Of a DNA stretch of 64,000 bases, positions 41,774 through 54,467 are shown in pieces. The notes beneath the pieces were generated by a model that saw only the letters and a list, made by a program, of their open reading frames with translations, was not told the DNA's origin and made no database searches. The first letter of the stretch is position 1. Every line of letters starts with the position of its first letter. The stretch is from Octopus vulgaris (Eukaryota). The position numbers and the translations under genes were made by a program. The stretch covers positions 108,314,001 to 108,378,000 of the forward strand of contig OX597816.1 in NCBI GenBank assembly GCA_951406725.2. The letters are read 5' to 3'.

Positions 41774-42970
41774 TAGTAAAAAGTGAAAAAACTACAGAAG
41801 GCTTGTTTTAAAAGGTTAAAAAATATATATTTGAGTTAATATGTCTGAAGAATATTATGAATTTTTTTCTTACAATGACATAGTTTAGAAGAAAGACCGG
41901 TTTCGCGTTTAGCTTTTCAAATTTCTTACGTCGTTATGTTTATGTTGAAAAGAGTTCTAAATAAGGGGAGGTAATTAGTGATTTCTTCCGGTGTAAGGGA
42001 GATAATCGCTTAAAATTTTTTGCCTTTCCCTTGGTATGAATTTCTCTGTATCAGTATGTTGGTATGGTTAAGTCTGGGCTTGTACTTTTCGATGAAGAAT
42101 GTTTCCTTGTTTAGTCTAATTTGTGTTTATGATCCGATAGCACATTGGTAAAATGGAAAGATTAAAAATTGTGGTAGTAGTTGCTTTGCGCATTTCTCAA
42201 TGTGTTCACTAAAAGGTATCATTCTGTATTCTGGGAATGCAATCTGTTGTCGATGCAGTGTGCATCTACGTCTGAGTGATAGTCCCGTGGATCCCACGTA
42301 GTCTTGGTGGCAGCCCGAGCAATTTAATAAAAAAAAAATTTTGTTTTCAGAGGCACAAGTAAAGTTAGATTTGATCTTGAATTTCTGTCCCTCTTTGAAG
42401 AGGAATTCTGATCCTTCTAGCAGGTTTGGACATGTTGCACAGTTCGATCTACCACATTTTTTTACTTTTGCATCCGTAATTTCAGAACACAATTTTGCCT
42501 TTGTGAGAATCTTTTTAAGTGATTTAGGTTGTTTGTAGCTTTTAATGATTTGGTGTATGTTTAGAATTTCCTTTAATTTGGGGTCCTTATGAAGTATTGG
42601 TAAATTCTGGGTGATGATGGTGAAGGCTTCTTTGTTTCTGGGGTTGTATGTAGATATGTAAGGTAGTATTTTCGGGGAAGGTGTGTTGTTGTGTTGAACT
42701 TTTCTTAAAGTTTCTATGTTGATTTCTGTTGCACGTCTGATCCCATCCTCTATGAGTTGAGCTGGGTAATGTCAGTCAATTAGGGTGTTTTTGAGTTCTT
42801 GCAGTCTAAAGTTCCTGGTATTTTGTTCTGACACTATTGTGCATATCCTTCTTGCAAGGTTGAAGGGGATGTTTGTTTTAGTGTGTCTTGGGTGGCATGA
42901 ATTAAAAAGAAGGTATTGTTTGGCGTCTGTGGCTTTGTAAAAAATGCCTGTTTCTATTTTAAGGTTAATT

Positions 42971-42978
<8 letters not shown>
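41770..42978 (-). mobile_element. 5'-truncated PLE (Neptune-like: CxxxxCxxC before GIY-YIG) with pLTR
   Basis: TDAKQYLLFNSCHPRH..IPFNLARRIC; KKCGRSNCATC; FTCASEN..CSGC..YVGST..RCTLH; (TA)n/(GA)n flanks. Confidence 0.9.
41889..41927 (-). ncRNA. Variant HHR-like motif (UUGAAAA core)
   Basis: reverse complement: aagaaau-UUGAAAA-gc(uaaac)gc-GAAAC-CG-GUC-uuucuu; 3' of the GIY-YIG ORF. Confidence 0.55.
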
Positions 42979-43055
<77 letters not shown>

Positions 43056-43172
43056 ATTATATATATATATATATATATATACAGAGTGAGAGACAGAGAA
43101 AGAAAAAGTGAGGGGAGAGGGGTGAGAGAGGGAAAGAGGGGAGACACTTTCAATCCTTCACCATCTATTTAG

Positions 43173-44995
43173 CAGGGGTGGGCAATTTACGGCCCTCCGG
43201 TTACATGTGGCCCGCCACAGAATTTTCTGTGGCCCGCGGGATTATTCATCAAAAAATGTTTCCACGTCTAAAATTTTCGTAAACTGATCACGATAAACTG
43301 CTATTGCCAAGGCTAACTTGAACCGAGACTTGCTTCCTTTGTGTCACAGAAAATTAACCCTGTGTTTTAATAGGCGGATACCTACTGCGCATGCACCCGT
43401 TCATACGCATGCGCAGTCCCTTCATACGCAACATTTTTCTCTTTGCAACTGTAAGATCTGTGACGTTCTGACCAGAGAAAACATGGGCCCTCCTAATAAG
43501 CGTAAAATCGAAAAAGAATGCAGTGCATTCAATGAAGACAGGACACACGAATATTTGTTCAGTAATTCAGGGAATAAGGCAGTGTGTTTACTGTGTCACG
43601 AAACGGTTGCCGTATTCAAGGAGTATAATTTTAAACGACACCACCAAACAAAACATGGCGTGTGAGGTAGCGAAATGTCCAAAGAAGAACGCAGGAAAAA
43701 GCAACATACCATAATTACGAAGCAATTGACACTTCGGGATAGTGCTAGAGAAAAGCAAGCTTCAACGTAGCATACAACCTCGCTAAAAATAACAAGCCAA
43801 TTTCTGATGGCGAGTTTGTTAAGTTGTGCTTGGTAGATTTCATGCAATTGAAAAAACCGCATAATTCATGGGATGACACAATATTTTGCATCAGGAAAGC
43901 CTCTATAAAGCTACACTGGACCTAGAGCATGTGGTGAATCCTGTAGTGAGCGTGGTGAACACAATCAGAGCAAGGGCGCTCTACCATAGACAATTTAAAT
44001 CTCTGTTTGAGAATATGGATCGAGAGTATGGAGATGTGATTTACCACAACAGTGTTCGGTGGTTGAGCCAGGGCTAAATGCTTTCATGTAATTTTGTGGC
44101 CAAAATGGGATGTCAGAAATGGAGATATGAGATGATGTTTACAGCTGATATGTTTGAGAAATTAAATGAATTGAATGTGACATTCAAGGGATTGTATGTT
44201 TAGGCTTGTGAGATCATTCAAAATAAAACTCGGTCTATTTGAAAAGCAAACAAGTGAGATTAAGTTTTGTCATTTCCCTTTATTAAGAAAACAAAAAGTG
44301 CCTGCAACTATTTCTTCCAAGATTATGAATTATTGCTGAGTTTGGAGGATGCGGTCACAAGATTTCAGGGTTTAAGTCAATTGAGCCTGATTTAAATCTG
44401 TTATCCTATCCTTTCGCTGCTTATATTGTATTGATACAGTACCTGAGGAGGTGCAGCTTGAAGAATTAATAGCCATGCACTCAGATCACACGCTGAAAGA
44501 AATGTTTAATTCTATGACATTGATAGAATTTTACAAATCTCAATCTACTGACAATTTTCCATGCGCGAAGAAATTTGCTAGGAACATGTTTTCTGTTTTT
44601 GGATCCACATATATTTGTAAGCAAATCTTTCCTTGTATGAAAATCAGCAAGAGTAAAAATGGATCCTCTGTGACTGACATAAACTTGCAGGCAGTAATGA
44701 GGATCTCAACAAGTAACTTCACTCCTGAAGTTTCAAAAAGAATTGTAAATAAGTGTGACAGGTTACATTTGTCACATTAAATTACTTGTGCTGACTGATG
44801 TGTAATTTGCACATAAATGAATTTAATGAAACCTTTTCTGTGTACCACTATTGTTTTGGTTTGAATTGTTTATTACTATGATGTAATTTACACTTCACAT
44901 TTAATGAAATGTAATGCTAACTAATGAATACGATCAATTATAGAAGGTGCGGCCCTTCAAAGAGGCCCCCAAGCCAAAACAGTTGCCCACCCTTG
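43173..44995 (+). mobile_element. hAT (Charlie/SPIN/GTF2IRD2-like) DNA transposon, internally deleted
   Basis: TIRs caggggtgggcaa / ttgcccacccttg; BED finger CLLC..KRHHQTKH; HQESL, IRARALYHRQFK, VRWLS, FGSTYICKQIF; 8-bp TSD not intact. Confidence 0.9.
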
Positions 44996-45539
44996 ATGTA
45001 CAGAAATCTCCGCTGAACAAGTCACATTGCAAGACTTGGTGATGATAGACTCACTAAGAAAATCCCGTTCTTGCAAATAGCGGATGGCTATCCAAACGTT
45101 GGTAGACCCAAATGGAAAATCGAGGGAACTGTAAAGCGAAACCTAAAAGATATATCTATCCTCACTGTCAGGTTGTACCAGGGAACTAGCGATCGCTGTA
45201 TCTGAAGAAATTTTATGTATAAAATTACTCATTGTTGTTGATGACGGACTAGATACATAAATATTGGGTCACCTCATAAATAATGCGGTTTTTTTCAATT
45301 GCATGGAGAGGGATGAGATAAACTACCTGCATCAACTTGCTATAAAAGCAGGTAGTAACAGTGAACATGGATATAGTCCGGGAGCCAAGAATGCCGGAGG
45401 TTTCGTCTGGAATTTTTGTTCTCAAAGTCGTCGTGGTACATAAGTCGACCTCCCTCTTTAAATTTGCACCTACTTCTCTTTAAATTTTGCTGTGAAAATT
45501 TCGAAAAGTATCCTGGAAAATACGATAGATGTTTGCATT

Positions 45540-46350
45540 GAACTTAACAGTTTTTTATTTATTTTAGTTTATTTGGTTAGAAGTCGATAATATTTGTGAG
45601 AAGTTATCATTTGTAGAGCAGGTGATTTTCACGTTTTTATGTAGTTGTTTTTATTATTTGTGATTGGGTATGAAGTATTTTTGCAAAAGATGAGATAATT
45701 TTCTAGTTACAGAGATTTTATTTATAACTTATACAACAGATTATTCTATTATATTTATTTTATTTCTCTTTCTGAGTTGAGAATGGAGTATAGTGGTTTG
45801 TGATGTTTGATTTCTTGAGGGTAAACCGTAACTTTTAATGATGTGAATGTTTCGTCAGAAGATAATCGAGAGATTCTGATTGATATTTTAAGGACTAGAC
45901 TATTTGCAATTTTCACCGAGTGGTTAGTGTATTTATGAATGTAGTCTCTTTCTCGATTGATTTTCTGTATGTTGAGTTACCCTGGATTGATGTGATGTCC
46001 AAAACGTTAATTGCTTTTGGCAGGTTTTAACAGTAACTTTAAAACCAAAAACTTTGTAAAAGTTGAGGAATTCTTTTATAGGTTGCTTTTTATTATAGTT
46101 TCTAAAGACAATAAGACTATCATCTTGTAAAATTCTCCTGATTATGGGAAAATTAGTGATTTGATAAATTTAAAACGTATAAGCCTATATAGCAGTTTAC
46201 TTCTGCAGACGCTTCTGCAACCATACCAACATCGAAGTATTTAGTCTTTTGCCTTTTTAACCACGGCTATCTATTGAAGATAATGTAGATTTTCTTGTTC
46301 GCAAGATAGTTTCAATATTCAGTTGTTTCAAGTGTGATATAGTTTCACAT
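45540..46350 (-). mobile_element. Probable decayed PLE fragment
   Basis: T-rich + strand with remnants such as NVKITCSTN and RERDYIHKY; no long ORF. Confidence 0.35.
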
Positions 46351-47054
46351 CGTTAATTACATCATTTATTATTACCAATGTAATAATATACAGCAAGCTG
46401 GCATAACCATTTGCAATGCGAGGCAGAATGCATAGCGGCTTTTCTTAACTCTGTACGTTTTGAGGTCAAATTTCGCCAAAAGTCGACTTCGACTTTCACC
46501 CTATCAAAGTAGATCAAATAACTACCAATTGATCACTGGGATCGATGTAATCGACTTAACTCCTCCCCAGAATTGCTAGCCTTATGCCAAAATTTGAAAC
46601 CCAATATTACCTTGGTATTTGGAGGACAACAATCTCAAACATTGAACTGTAAACTGTAATTATCCGTTTCATTTTAGATAACCATCAACCATTCGATTAT
46701 GGAAAATGTGTTATTCCAAAATAGTAATAGCGGGGGTGGGGTTGCTTTTTAATTTTGGAATTGAAGGAATGTATGAACTAACGGTCATAAAATCAGTTTA
46801 ATTAGTTTTGTGGTTGGATGATGAGAAAATGTTTAATATTATTTAAGCTTCTTCTGAGTGCAAAATATCTATTCTGTCTTTGATGTTAAAGTGGCTATAG
46901 TTTTAGTGAACGCATTAATTATGCTCTGTGTGTCAAAATAAATATTTTAAGTAATTAAGATCGCATTATGTTTCAGTCAGTGTAAAATATACATTTTACT
47001 TAATTATTCTTCGTTTTGTCTAATTTAACACAGAAAGTACAGTTGTCCATTATA

Positions 47055-48347
47055 CGAGGGGCGTTCAATAAGTAATGCTCCTGACCCACTTCCCATTGCA
47101 GTAGAGCAACGAAACTTGGTACAGTTATTAGTCTTTTTCTACATAGGAACCACCCAGAGTTACGCATTTCTCCCATCGTTTGATGCAGCTCTGGAGACCG
47201 TTTTTGTAGAAGACCCAAGCTTGGTCCTCCAACCACGACGTGACTTCAGAAATCAAGGCTGCATCATCTGGGAAACGCTTTCCTTTCAAAAACAACTTAA
47301 TGGCTGGGAAGAGGTGAAAATCAGAGGGTGCAAGGTCAGGAAAGTAAGGGGGATGGGGGAGGAGTTCATAGCCACACGCCTGTGCTTCTGATCTGGCGAC
47401 ACGCGAGTTGTGGACCGGAGCGTTGTCCTGCAGGAGGAGGATGCCTTTTCTGATCTTGCCCCGCCTCTTGATTTTGATAACTTCTCTTAATTTCCTCAAA
47501 AGTGAAGCATAATAGGCTCCTGTAATTGTGGTACCCTTTGCCAGGAAATCTGTCATCACTACTCCGTCCTGGTCCCAGAAGACTGTGAGCATGACCTTGC
47601 CAGCGGAGGGCTACACCCTTGCCTTCTTTGGAGGAGGTGAGTCACGGTGCTTCCACTGCACTGACTGGGCTTTGGTCTCTGGATCATAGTGATGGACCCA
47701 GGTTTCATCCTATGTAATCAGTCTTTTGAAAAATTTTGACTCATCTTCTTGGCACATCTCCAAATTCATCCTCGAGCACTTGACGCGTTCTTGCTTCTGG
47801 AAAGGTGTGAGCAACCTGGGAATCCATCTGGCAGACACCTTTTGCATATGCAAATGGTCATGAATGATAGTTTCCACAGACCCGGTACTAATCTTGACCT
47901 GATGGGCTATTTGGCGAATTGTTATGCGTCGATCTTCCAAAATGGCAGCTTCAACTTGACGGACAGATGCCTCATCAATGGCAGAAGCGGGGTGACCAGA
48001 TCTGGGAGCTGTTTCCACAGAGTTCCGACCATGTTTGAATTCACGATGCCAGCGTTTTGCAAGGTCATATGATGGGGCATCATCACCATAAGTTACTTTC
48101 ATTTCATCAAAAGTCTCCCGTGGTGTGCGTCCTTTCAAATACAAAAACCGGATCACTGCTCGACATTCAACAGGCTCCATTTCACACTTGACTCAGTTCA
48201 AACACCTGTAAATCAGAAACCACAATCAGTTCAGAGTTGTAATTTGCCGCTTAATCGATGGAGATATAAATAATTGCACATGCAACATTTCAGCTAGATC
48301 AAACAACTGCAAGTGGGTCAGGGGGATTACTTATTGAACGTCCCTCG
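47055..48347 (-). mobile_element. Full-length mariner (DD34D) element, 1293 bp
   Basis: TIRs cgaggggcgttcaataagtaat / attacttattgaacgtccctcg flanked by TA; WIPRLL, DETW, QDNAP, YFPDLAPSDF. Confidence 0.96.
47128..48180 (-). pseudogene. Mariner transposase, 351 codons with two in-frame TAG stops
   Basis: ORFs 47710-48180 and 47128-47592 share one frame; bridge reads IT*DETWVHHYDPETK...ARV*PSAGKVM. Confidence 0.92.
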
Positions 48348-48517
48348 TATGTAGTACATCAAGAAGCAGTGAGAAAAGGGTAGTTTGTTCCTGTTGAAAT
48401 CTCAACTGAGAATATAACCAATGCCTCTGATTTGGCTTTTTACTTTTGTTTTTCCTACATTGAGATTGTATAAAAAAAGAGAGCTGCTTACGCATGTACA
48501 ACGTATTTAATATATCC

Positions 48518-48661
<144 letters not shown>

Positions 48662-48949
48662 AATGGATGAATGAATTATCCTTTGTTTACCGTTAACATG
48701 GAAAATTCAATAAACAGTTACCAGAGTAGTTTCTTTTAAATACTTAATAGCGTTCTGTTTATCATTTATGCAGTCATCAAAATTGTTATAATGTCTTGAT
48801 GAGATAGGTTCTCTTTCTTTCCTGATGAGAAGATTGCATTTTACACCGTTTATTCCTTTGGAATAAAACTAATGCTATCTTCGAAACATATATCGAAAGT
48901 AAAAGAATTTGAATAGCATCTGCGTTCAACTTCATCTATTTACATAGCG

Positions 48950-49250
48950 TTTCGGCAATAAGAAACCGATAGAATAAGTAACAGGCTTTAAAATTAAATA
49001 CTGGGATCAACTTGTTTGACTAAACCTTGGTATACGGAAGCTGAAAGAGTCCACCGTATATACAATCGCTTGACAATCGGTGTTGGTGTTTTTATGTCCA
49101 TGTAACTTAACGGTCCGGCAAAATTAATCGATAAAATAAGTACAAGTCTTAAAGAAAAATAGTACAGGAATCGATTCATTCGACTAAAATTTCTTCAAGG
49201 CGATGCCCCAGCATGGCCACAATCTAATGACTGAAACAAGTAAAAGATAA
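48950..49250 (+). mobile_element. Same SINE family, 3' halves
   Basis: two gatagaataagta-like blocks followed by the family tail. Confidence 0.65.
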
Positions 49251-49286
49251 AAAATATATGTATTTACGTAAGTATGTATGCATGTG

Positions 49287-49378
<92 letters not shown>

Positions 49379-49863
49379 ATAAAGCTACCAAATTTCGACT
49401 CCTGCTCATTGAAACGCAATGTGTGTAAATGTGTATGTGCGTGTGAGTCTTTTATGCGAGTATATCAACCTGTACATTTTTTTATTTAAATATCATTGTA
49501 TTTTTCTGTATATGCTTGATTATATTAGACACGCAATGATATCGGTTAATGCATAATTCTAATATCATTAAAAACAAAGTAACTCACACAGAAAACTCAA
49601 TATAATTAAATAGATCATAAGCAATACGTAAAATCTGAAAAGCGTATAAAAGTGTTAAAATGAAGCTGACCTTGTCAATGCAGGGGACAAGCGAATTGTT
49701 GCTTGGTTAGATGGTTGCATGATTTAAGTGAATTTATAGACTATAGAGTGACTGCATTGACAGAAAACGACCGAATTTGATAAGCACTTGTCGTGTATGT
49801 ATGAATTTATGTATACATACACACATATATACATGCATATATACACATACATATATACACACA

Positions 49864-49903
<40 letters not shown>

Positions 49904-50121
49904 ATATGTATATATATATATACATGTATATATATATATTTATGTATTTATATATATTTATGTATTTATGTATATATGCATAAGTAACTACATATATACA
50001 CTTAGATATATTTATGACTATGTGCGTATATGTGCATATATAATCACAGGTGTGTCTATATACATGTGTATACATATATAAGTGAATATATGTATGAATT
50101 AATGGATGCATGTGTATGAAT

Positions 50122-50184
<63 letters not shown>

Positions 50185-50244
50185 ATTTATACGTACATCT
50201 TTGTAAGTATCTATCTCTTACTCTCTTTTTCTCTCTTTCTTTAC

Positions 50245-50309
<65 letters not shown>

Positions 50310-51158
50310 GTGTGTATCTATATGTATATATGTATGACTTTATATATAGATACATTTATGTATACATGTCTATACATATGTATGCATTTGTGTTTGTACG
50401 TGCATTTGTCTGTGTGTATGTTTCTGCGTGTGAGTGTGTGCGTGAGTGCGCGCACGCGTGTGTGTGTATGTATAAAAAGCTAAAAGCATTTACATCTTTT
50501 TGACTAATGCCGACTTTTTCGAAGAGTGTGAAAGCTCAAGTTTGGTGACAAATATCAGGCTCTTGTCATGAATCTTTACATATTTGACGTATTAGTTTCA
50601 AGGAAGTTTCCGAGAATGGATAGACAGTGCGTATATTTTATGCATCATCGAAAATTATTATAGGCGGACGCTAATGGGAAACTTGAAATGAACGAGAAAA
50701 CAGACATAGAATAGAACAAAAAGGTTTTCAGAAAATTGAGTAATTGTTTTCTTGGTTTGGTTTTTGTAGCGGTTTTAGTGGGTTTTATTCTTCACGATTT
50801 CTTGTTAGTTGTTTCCTTTACTAGTCAAAGTTTATATGTACTAAATGTCACAAGCAACTATTTCTGTAATGTATATATATTACCTGAAGATCTGACAGTT
50901 ATCCTTTCAATGTGTTCATAACAGTTTGACATTAGCCCTCTGGAGCAAGATATTTATATTCTTTTTAACACCATGGTTTTTTTTATTGAATCTCCTAATA
51001 TATTTTGTTTATTATTATGCCTCAACTTATAACTTTAGAATATTAAGAACTGAACAGGAGTCATTAAAGAAGGAAAAAAGTAATTTTGGGTCGGTATATT
51101 TAGCTAAATACGTACATGTGTGTATATATATATGTATATATATGTATATATATATACA

Positions 51159-51201
<43 letters not shown>

Positions 51202-51230
51202 TTCTGTCAGTATACACACATATATATATA

Positions 51231-51300
<70 letters not shown>

Positions 51301-51437
51301 CAAGTATATGTGTACATATATATAAGTGTATGTTTTTATTGAGAGGGAGAGAGAAAAGGAGGGAGAAAAACACTTATAATCCATTTCGTGAAAATCTAAG
51401 GAAGAACACGAGAACAATTTATAATATTTACTCGGAC

Positions 51438-51503
<66 letters not shown>

Positions 51504-51559
51504 TCTTAGTACAATTAATCACTGATGCATTATTACCACTTGCACAAGAGATTCAGCTC

Positions 51560-52500
51560 TGTTTTTCGGACGCGGTATCAGAGAAGTTGATACATTTGTG
51601 AAGGCGTAATCTGAATATTCTCCAGGCAACAATGGTATCTCATACAAGATTTACAAACAATACCTCGTCCTCAAAGGTGTTTATGTGTTTACTGCAGCGA
51701 GCGTATGAACTAGGGATCGTGACACAGGACGATTGATCGGCAGAAAAGTCTGCAACGGCCTAAGGCAGAGAGGGCATCATCAATCGATTAGTTTTATTTG
51801 ATATCACTTCTCAGTGTAGCATTGAAGTGATATCGAACAAAACTAGTGGCAGGAGTGCTGCTGAAATGGATGTCGGAAAATATTTCTACACTCGACCATC
51901 GTGTTAAGATATACCATTTCTCTGCACCTCCTCATGATGGCTATAGATTTGGCATTGAGAAGTGCAATAAACTTCTAGGAAAGAATGAAGATCGGAAGAC
52001 ACTGGTATCCCTGCTGCGAACTTCTTTAGATGACATTACTGCCATACTGGAAACAAGGAGAGAATAAGAAAAAAACATCAGATTTTCGGTTTGATGACTT
52101 ATTCTGCCAACGTTTACAGCATACCAAAGTTCTATCTATAAGGCAGTAAGGAATTCTGATCTGAAATTGAAAGAGAACCAATTTCTGCAGAAATAGGTAA
52201 TTAAGAGCAGCCTTGGCTCTATATATTAATATCTTAAGTGATTTCCAGAGAGAAATATACTTTAACTGTCACTGATATCTGCAGGTTGGCATGAAGTTTA
52301 AATGAGTTGTTATGAATGTGGCCTTTCGGAACCTCTAGTGATATAACAAATAAAGAGAGAAAGGAAAAAATGAGCTAGCAGGTTCGTATATGAGGGGCTT
52401 GCAATTACGATCTGTTTTACAAAAATTGAGGATGTATAGTACCACTGCAAAACTCCAGCTGCCTTTAACATCATAAGTGAAGGTGTTTATAGTTGTTAAA
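51560..52500 (+). mobile_element. Highly decayed RLE-type (NeSL/HERO-like) RT fragment
   Basis: SPGNNGISYKIYK at ~51620 and LDDITA at ~52025. Confidence 0.45.
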
Positions 52501-53564
52501 GTCCGTTGCCACGTTAAGTTATAGTTGTAAATCCAGTTGTTTATATAATGTGAGAATTACTGGAAATAAAAGAGGCTATATGTGAGGTGTAGAAAAAGGT
52601 GTTAAAATGGTGTTGAATAGAAATGAAGCAAATGAATATCACAGCAGAAACGGAGAAGTAAGCGAAATAATGTGACCGCAGAAATCCACCACATTGGAGA
52701 GGAAGTACGCGTGGCAAGTACTGTATCGTTAAAAAAACTTTGTGCATGGGTAGCATTGGAGACAGCAGAGGAAGGAATACTGTCGTGTATATTAGTGTGG
52801 AAATGTAGTCAGCTAGATTGAGATCTTTCCTGAAAGAGTTGTACGATATGCTTCCGTCCCCACTTAGCGGGGAAGAAAATAATTATGATCCTAGAACTCA
52901 ACAAAAGAAAAGGAGTAGAGAAAGCAAGACAAATTGTCTCCTGTTGCTATTTAGCTTAGTTCCGATTCGATCCTCATCGAGCAGTGTAGACCTGCGATCA
53001 AAGTCAATCCAGCCATGACCAATTATCGAATGTGCCCCTCTTATAAGACACATTATCGAATGTTCCCTCTTATTGATTCAAGGGTTATTTGGCAGCAATT
53101 TCTAGTGTTTTTGGCAGGCCAAATGGAGGTTTCTTCATTGTTTCAAGGAATAACTTGTTTTAAAATTCATTGGTATAGTTTCCACTGAAATTTTTGCGGG
53201 TAAATTACTGCAGTGAGCATGAAGGAAGGAACGCACTACATGACCGGAAGTATATATGCTAATTCTTCTTCGGGGTGTGATGTTTTTAAAATATTATCAA
53301 TTTTCATTCATTAACTTGGTGCTCTCGGAAAGCTAACGAAACTGGTAATGATCTATGTCAGTAAAAATTAATCAACCGATATGCCTAAGTTCATTTGCTG
53401 TGGTGAAAGAATAAATTAAACCTCCGGCCCTAGCTCTTCATTTCAGACTGATGAAAATAGAAAAAGCCGATTGTATCGCTAGGAAGAATGTAAACTGTTT
53501 ATTTATTGTTTAAATCAATTTATAAAAATTTCACTTATTTGTTTTCTATTTATTCGTTTCCTAG

Positions 53565-53826
53565 TGCTGACGATTATACGCATGGCTACATGCAAGCATT
53601 GACCATGGTCCACAGCGACGGAACAGTGTTCTGGCCACCTATTGTCAAACTCAGGAGTACCTGTGACATCAAAATTACATATTTCCCATTCGATGACCAG
53701 ATCTGTCGAATGAAACTTGGTTCATGGGCCTATGACGGATTTCAAGTAAATGTACATGACAGCGAAAAAGCTATCGATCTGGATAATTTTGTATCTAACG
53801 GTGAATGGCTTTTAGTCGATGTTAAG
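53565..53826 (+). CDS. nAChR alpha subunit, 262-nt exon (Cys-loop CDIKITYFPFDDQIC, loop B SWAYDG)
   Basis: ttcctag|TGCTGAC...GTTAAG|gtgagt; Cys-X13-Cys signature; ends in phase 0. Confidence 0.97.
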
Positions 53827-53862
53827 GTGAGTTTCAAAAATATCCACACTAAATCATATATA

Positions 53863-54262
53863 CTCTTTTACTCTTTTACTTGTTTCAGTCATTTGACTGC
53901 GGCCATGCTGGAGCACCGCCTTTGGTCGAGCAAATCGACTCCAGGACTTATTCTTTGTAAGCCCAGTACTTTTCTATCGGTCTCTTTTGTCGAGCCGCTA
54001 AGTGACGGGGACGTAAACACACCAGCATCGGCTGTCAAGCAATGCTAGGGGGGACAAACACAGACACACAAACATACACATACATATATATATATACATA
54101 TATACGACGGGCTTCTTTCAGTTTCCGTCTACCAAATCCACTCACAAGGCTTTGGTCGACCCGAGGCTATAGTAGAAGACACTTGCCCAAGGTGCGACGC
54201 AGTGGGACTGAACCCGGAATCATGTGGTTGGTAAGCAAGCTACTTACCACACAGCCACTCCT
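53863..54262 (-). mobile_element. Near full-length tRNA/CORE-type SINE (abundant family)
   Basis: reverse complement has head gtggctgtgtggtaag...ggttcagtccc, CORE-like accttgggcaagtgtctt, tail aaggcggtgctccagcatggccgcagtcaaatgactgaaacaagtaaaaga. Confidence 0.88.
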
Positions 54263-54281
54263 CTGTATATATATGTATGTA

Positions 54282-54337
<56 letters not shown>

Positions 54338-54424
54338 TATTAGAGACAAAACCACTATTTTGCAAAACAAACAAGGAAAGACTTAATCAATACATAAAAT
54401 TTTAATAAATAGTCAAAAAAACCG

Positions 54425-54467
54425 CCACTACAATTGTTTCTTGTCTTGATCGACAATCTTCAGGTGG
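54425..54467 (-). ncRNA. Type I HHR (exact inverted copy of 58956-58998)
   Basis: ccactacaattgtttcttgtcttgatcgacaatcttcaggtgg. Confidence 0.85.

Noticed and set aside
47608-47712. A-to-I rescue (UAG>UGG) of the mariner stops
   Set aside because: Simple C>T decay explains both stops; Trp is not expected at these positions and the element is antisense to the host gene.
50884-50930. CTGAAGA...taacagtt possible HHR relic
   Set aside because: GAAAC box missing and stems unconvincing; similarly weak candidates at ~19275 and ~45850.
53447-53470. CTGATGA...GAAA as an HHR
   Set aside because: No stem II or stem III; chance match. The same applies at 33702 (inside transposase sequence) and 48823.
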